Virus record (IMG/VR): IMGVR_UViG_3300038334_000121
Span: 1-37,262 of that record
Length of the DNA: 37,262 nucleotides
Source of the DNA: a virus
Lineage: Duplodnaviria; Caudoviricetes
Direction: 5' to 3' (one strand)
Part shown: one piece after another, positions 36,045 to 37,262 of the stretch
Layout: each line of letters opens with the position of its first letter
Numbering within the stretch: position 1 is the first letter of the stretch
Position numbers and translations under genes: made by a program
Notes under the pieces: model-generated
Seen by the model: the letters and a program-made list of their open reading frames with translations, nothing else
Databases searched by the model: none
Told to the model about the DNA's origin: nothing

Positions 36045-36072
36045 GGGATTGCTATGGCAATTCCTTTTTTTT
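36045..36072 (+). terminator. Intrinsic terminator
   Basis: GGGATTGC-TATG-GCAATTCC followed by T8. Confidence 0.8.
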
Positions 36073-36098
36073 CTTTTTATCCTTTAGAAAGGATACCA

Positions 36099-36281
36099 AT
36101 GAATAAGACTACGATCGTTACCGATCAAATGAAATACGATTACTCAGTTAGGATAGCTTTTAACCTTTATATGGAAAAGCTTCTCACTGAAAGTGAATAC
36201 AAAGAAATCCTATCCAGATTGAAACAACAATACAACATAACCTTTATTACATCAGAAAGCAATGAAATAGTTGAGAATTGA
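36099..36281 (+). CDS. Small SHOCT-like protein preceding the serine recombinase
   Basis: KLLTESEYKEI...LKQQY motif; AAAGGA RBS before MNKTTIV. Confidence 0.75.
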   Translation: MNKTTIVTDQMKYDYSVRIAFNLYMEKLLTESEYKEILSRLKQQYNITFITSESNEIVEN

Positions 36282-36314
36282 CTTGCTATTCATTGCTTTT
36301 AGAGTGATGTATAT
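36275..36314 (+). promoter_or_regulatory. Conserved promoter-like motif, copy C
   Basis: GAATTGACTTG-N12-TTTAGAGTGATGTATAT upstream of the AAGGAGG RBS of the recombinase. Confidence 0.75.
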
Positions 36315-36338
36315 GTACTAACCAAGGAGGTAAAAATA

Positions 36339-37262
36339 ATGCAAAACAAACAAGTCAGAGTCATACAACCAAAACCTGTGTTCGATTTATCAGGAACCAT
36401 CCCCAAGAACCTCAAAAAGCGCGTGTGTGCCTACGTTCGAGTGTCCACCGATAATGAGGAACAGAAAACGAGTTACATCGCTCAAACCGACGAATACACC
36501 GAAAGGATTCAAAATAACCCTGAATGGACATTCTGTGGTATCTATGCAGACGAGGGCATCAGCGGAACTTCCACCAAGCACAGAAAACAGTTCAATAATA
36601 TGATGGATGCTGCAAAGCGTGGTGAAATCGATTTGATCATGACGAAGTCAATCTCACGATTCGCTAGAAATACAGTTGATTGCTTAAACTACATCAGAGA
36701 GATGAGAGCAATCAATGTTGAGATCTTCTTTGAAAAAGAAAACATCTACTCCTCAGATCCAAAAGTGGACTTCTTATTAACCATCATGTCATCCATCGCC
36801 CAAGAGGAAGCAAGAAACGTGAGCGAGAACGTCAAATGGAATGTTCAAAAGCGTTTCAACAATAGCGTTCCAATTGTGAATCACAATCGGTTCTTAGGTT
36901 ATACCAAAGACAAACGAGGTGGTAACCTAATCGTTGTTCCTGAAGAAGCTAAAATCGTCCGTGAAATCTTCCAAATGTATGTGAGTGGCATCGGTCCGAT
37001 GAAGATTGCTAAACATATGGAATCCATAGGAGCAACTACAGGTGCTGGTGCAACCAAATGGAGTATGTCCACAGTCGCAGTTATTCTTAAGAACGAAAAA
37101 TACATCGGCGATTTGGTTCAACAGAAAACACTGACGGTTGATTACCTTTCACATAAGAAAGTGAAGAATAAAGAACTCGCTCCAATGTATCATACCGAGA
37201 ATGCACACGAAGCAATCATCGATAGAGAGACTTTTCTCCTTGCTCAAAGGATCAGAGAGGAT
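36339..37262 (+). CDS. Large serine recombinase (integrase), 3' truncated; absent from the ORF track
   Basis: Translates as MQNKQVRVIQ...RVCAYVRVSTD..EQ...IYADEGISG...TKSISRFARN...ILKNEKYIGD; frame open to the window end. Confidence 0.96.
   Translation, partial: MQNKQVRVIQPKPVFDLSGTIPKNLKKRVCAYVRVSTDNEEQKTSYIAQTDEYTERIQNNPEWTFCGIYADEGISGTSTKHRKQFNNMMDAAKRGEIDLIMTKSISRFARNTVDCLNYIREMRAINVEIFFEKENIYSSDPKVDFLLTIMSSIAQEEARNVSENVKWNVQKRFNNSVPIVNHNRFLGYTKDKRGGNLIVVPEEAKIVREIFQMYVSGIGPMKIAKHMESIGATTGAGATKWSMSTVAVILKNEKYIGDLVQQKTLTVDYLSHKKVKNKELAPMYHTENAHEAIIDRETFLLAQRIRED

Larger units (their letters stand above)
853..37262. mobile_element. Temperate siphovirus-like prophage (HK97-type head, long non-contractile tail, large serine recombinase); ends not defined
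   Basis: Complete syntenic lysogeny, replication, packaging, head and tail modules. No att sites identified; the right end is truncated and the left boundary may extend past base 1. Confidence 0.95.

Noticed and set aside
1862-37121. Short antisense or nested ORFs in the track (e.g. 1862-2074, 13473-13862, 26257-26649, 36390-36581, 36899-37121)
   Set aside because: They shadow well-supported genes and show no recognisable motifs.
1-37262. Mycoplasma-type genetic code 4
   Set aside because: Conserved genes are full length under code 11 and several end in TGA with ATGA overlaps.

Overview
The window is almost entirely one temperate siphovirus-type prophage in a low-GC host using genetic code 11 (TGA is a stop). 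Most genes are on the minus strand. Read right to left: a large serine recombinase (cut off by the window edge) and a small partner gene; a divergent XRE repressor/Cro-like pair; a tyrosine recombinase; a BRO/KilAC antirepressor; an Xis-like HTH; and a replication initiator with internal iterons. Next come a DpnII-type (GATC) restriction-modification cassette facing a two-gene nuclease-like operon, a ParB-fused DNA methylase, metK and an HNH gene. The HK97-type head and non-contractile tail modules follow, ending in a nucleotidyltransferase and two membrane-anchored genes. No endolysin is visible, which fits a wall-less, Acholeplasma-like host (inference). Several accessory cassettes interrupt the late region: a membrane sensor-PadR-secreted S1 protease trio, an ApeA-like HEPN gene and orphan membrane genes. 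The most notable signals are non-coding: (1) two direct copies of a 6 x 11-bp array plus a 22-bp core, bracketing the RM and replication segment; (2) a perfect 19-bp box at the same position in two promoters, each followed by a short terminated leader; (3) a third promoter motif present three times; (4) a probable antisense sRNA; (5) a tail-chaperone frameshift that must be +1/-2 rather than -1. Product calls come from motif recognition and synteny only; no searches were run. Several start codons were moved to RBS-supported positions.
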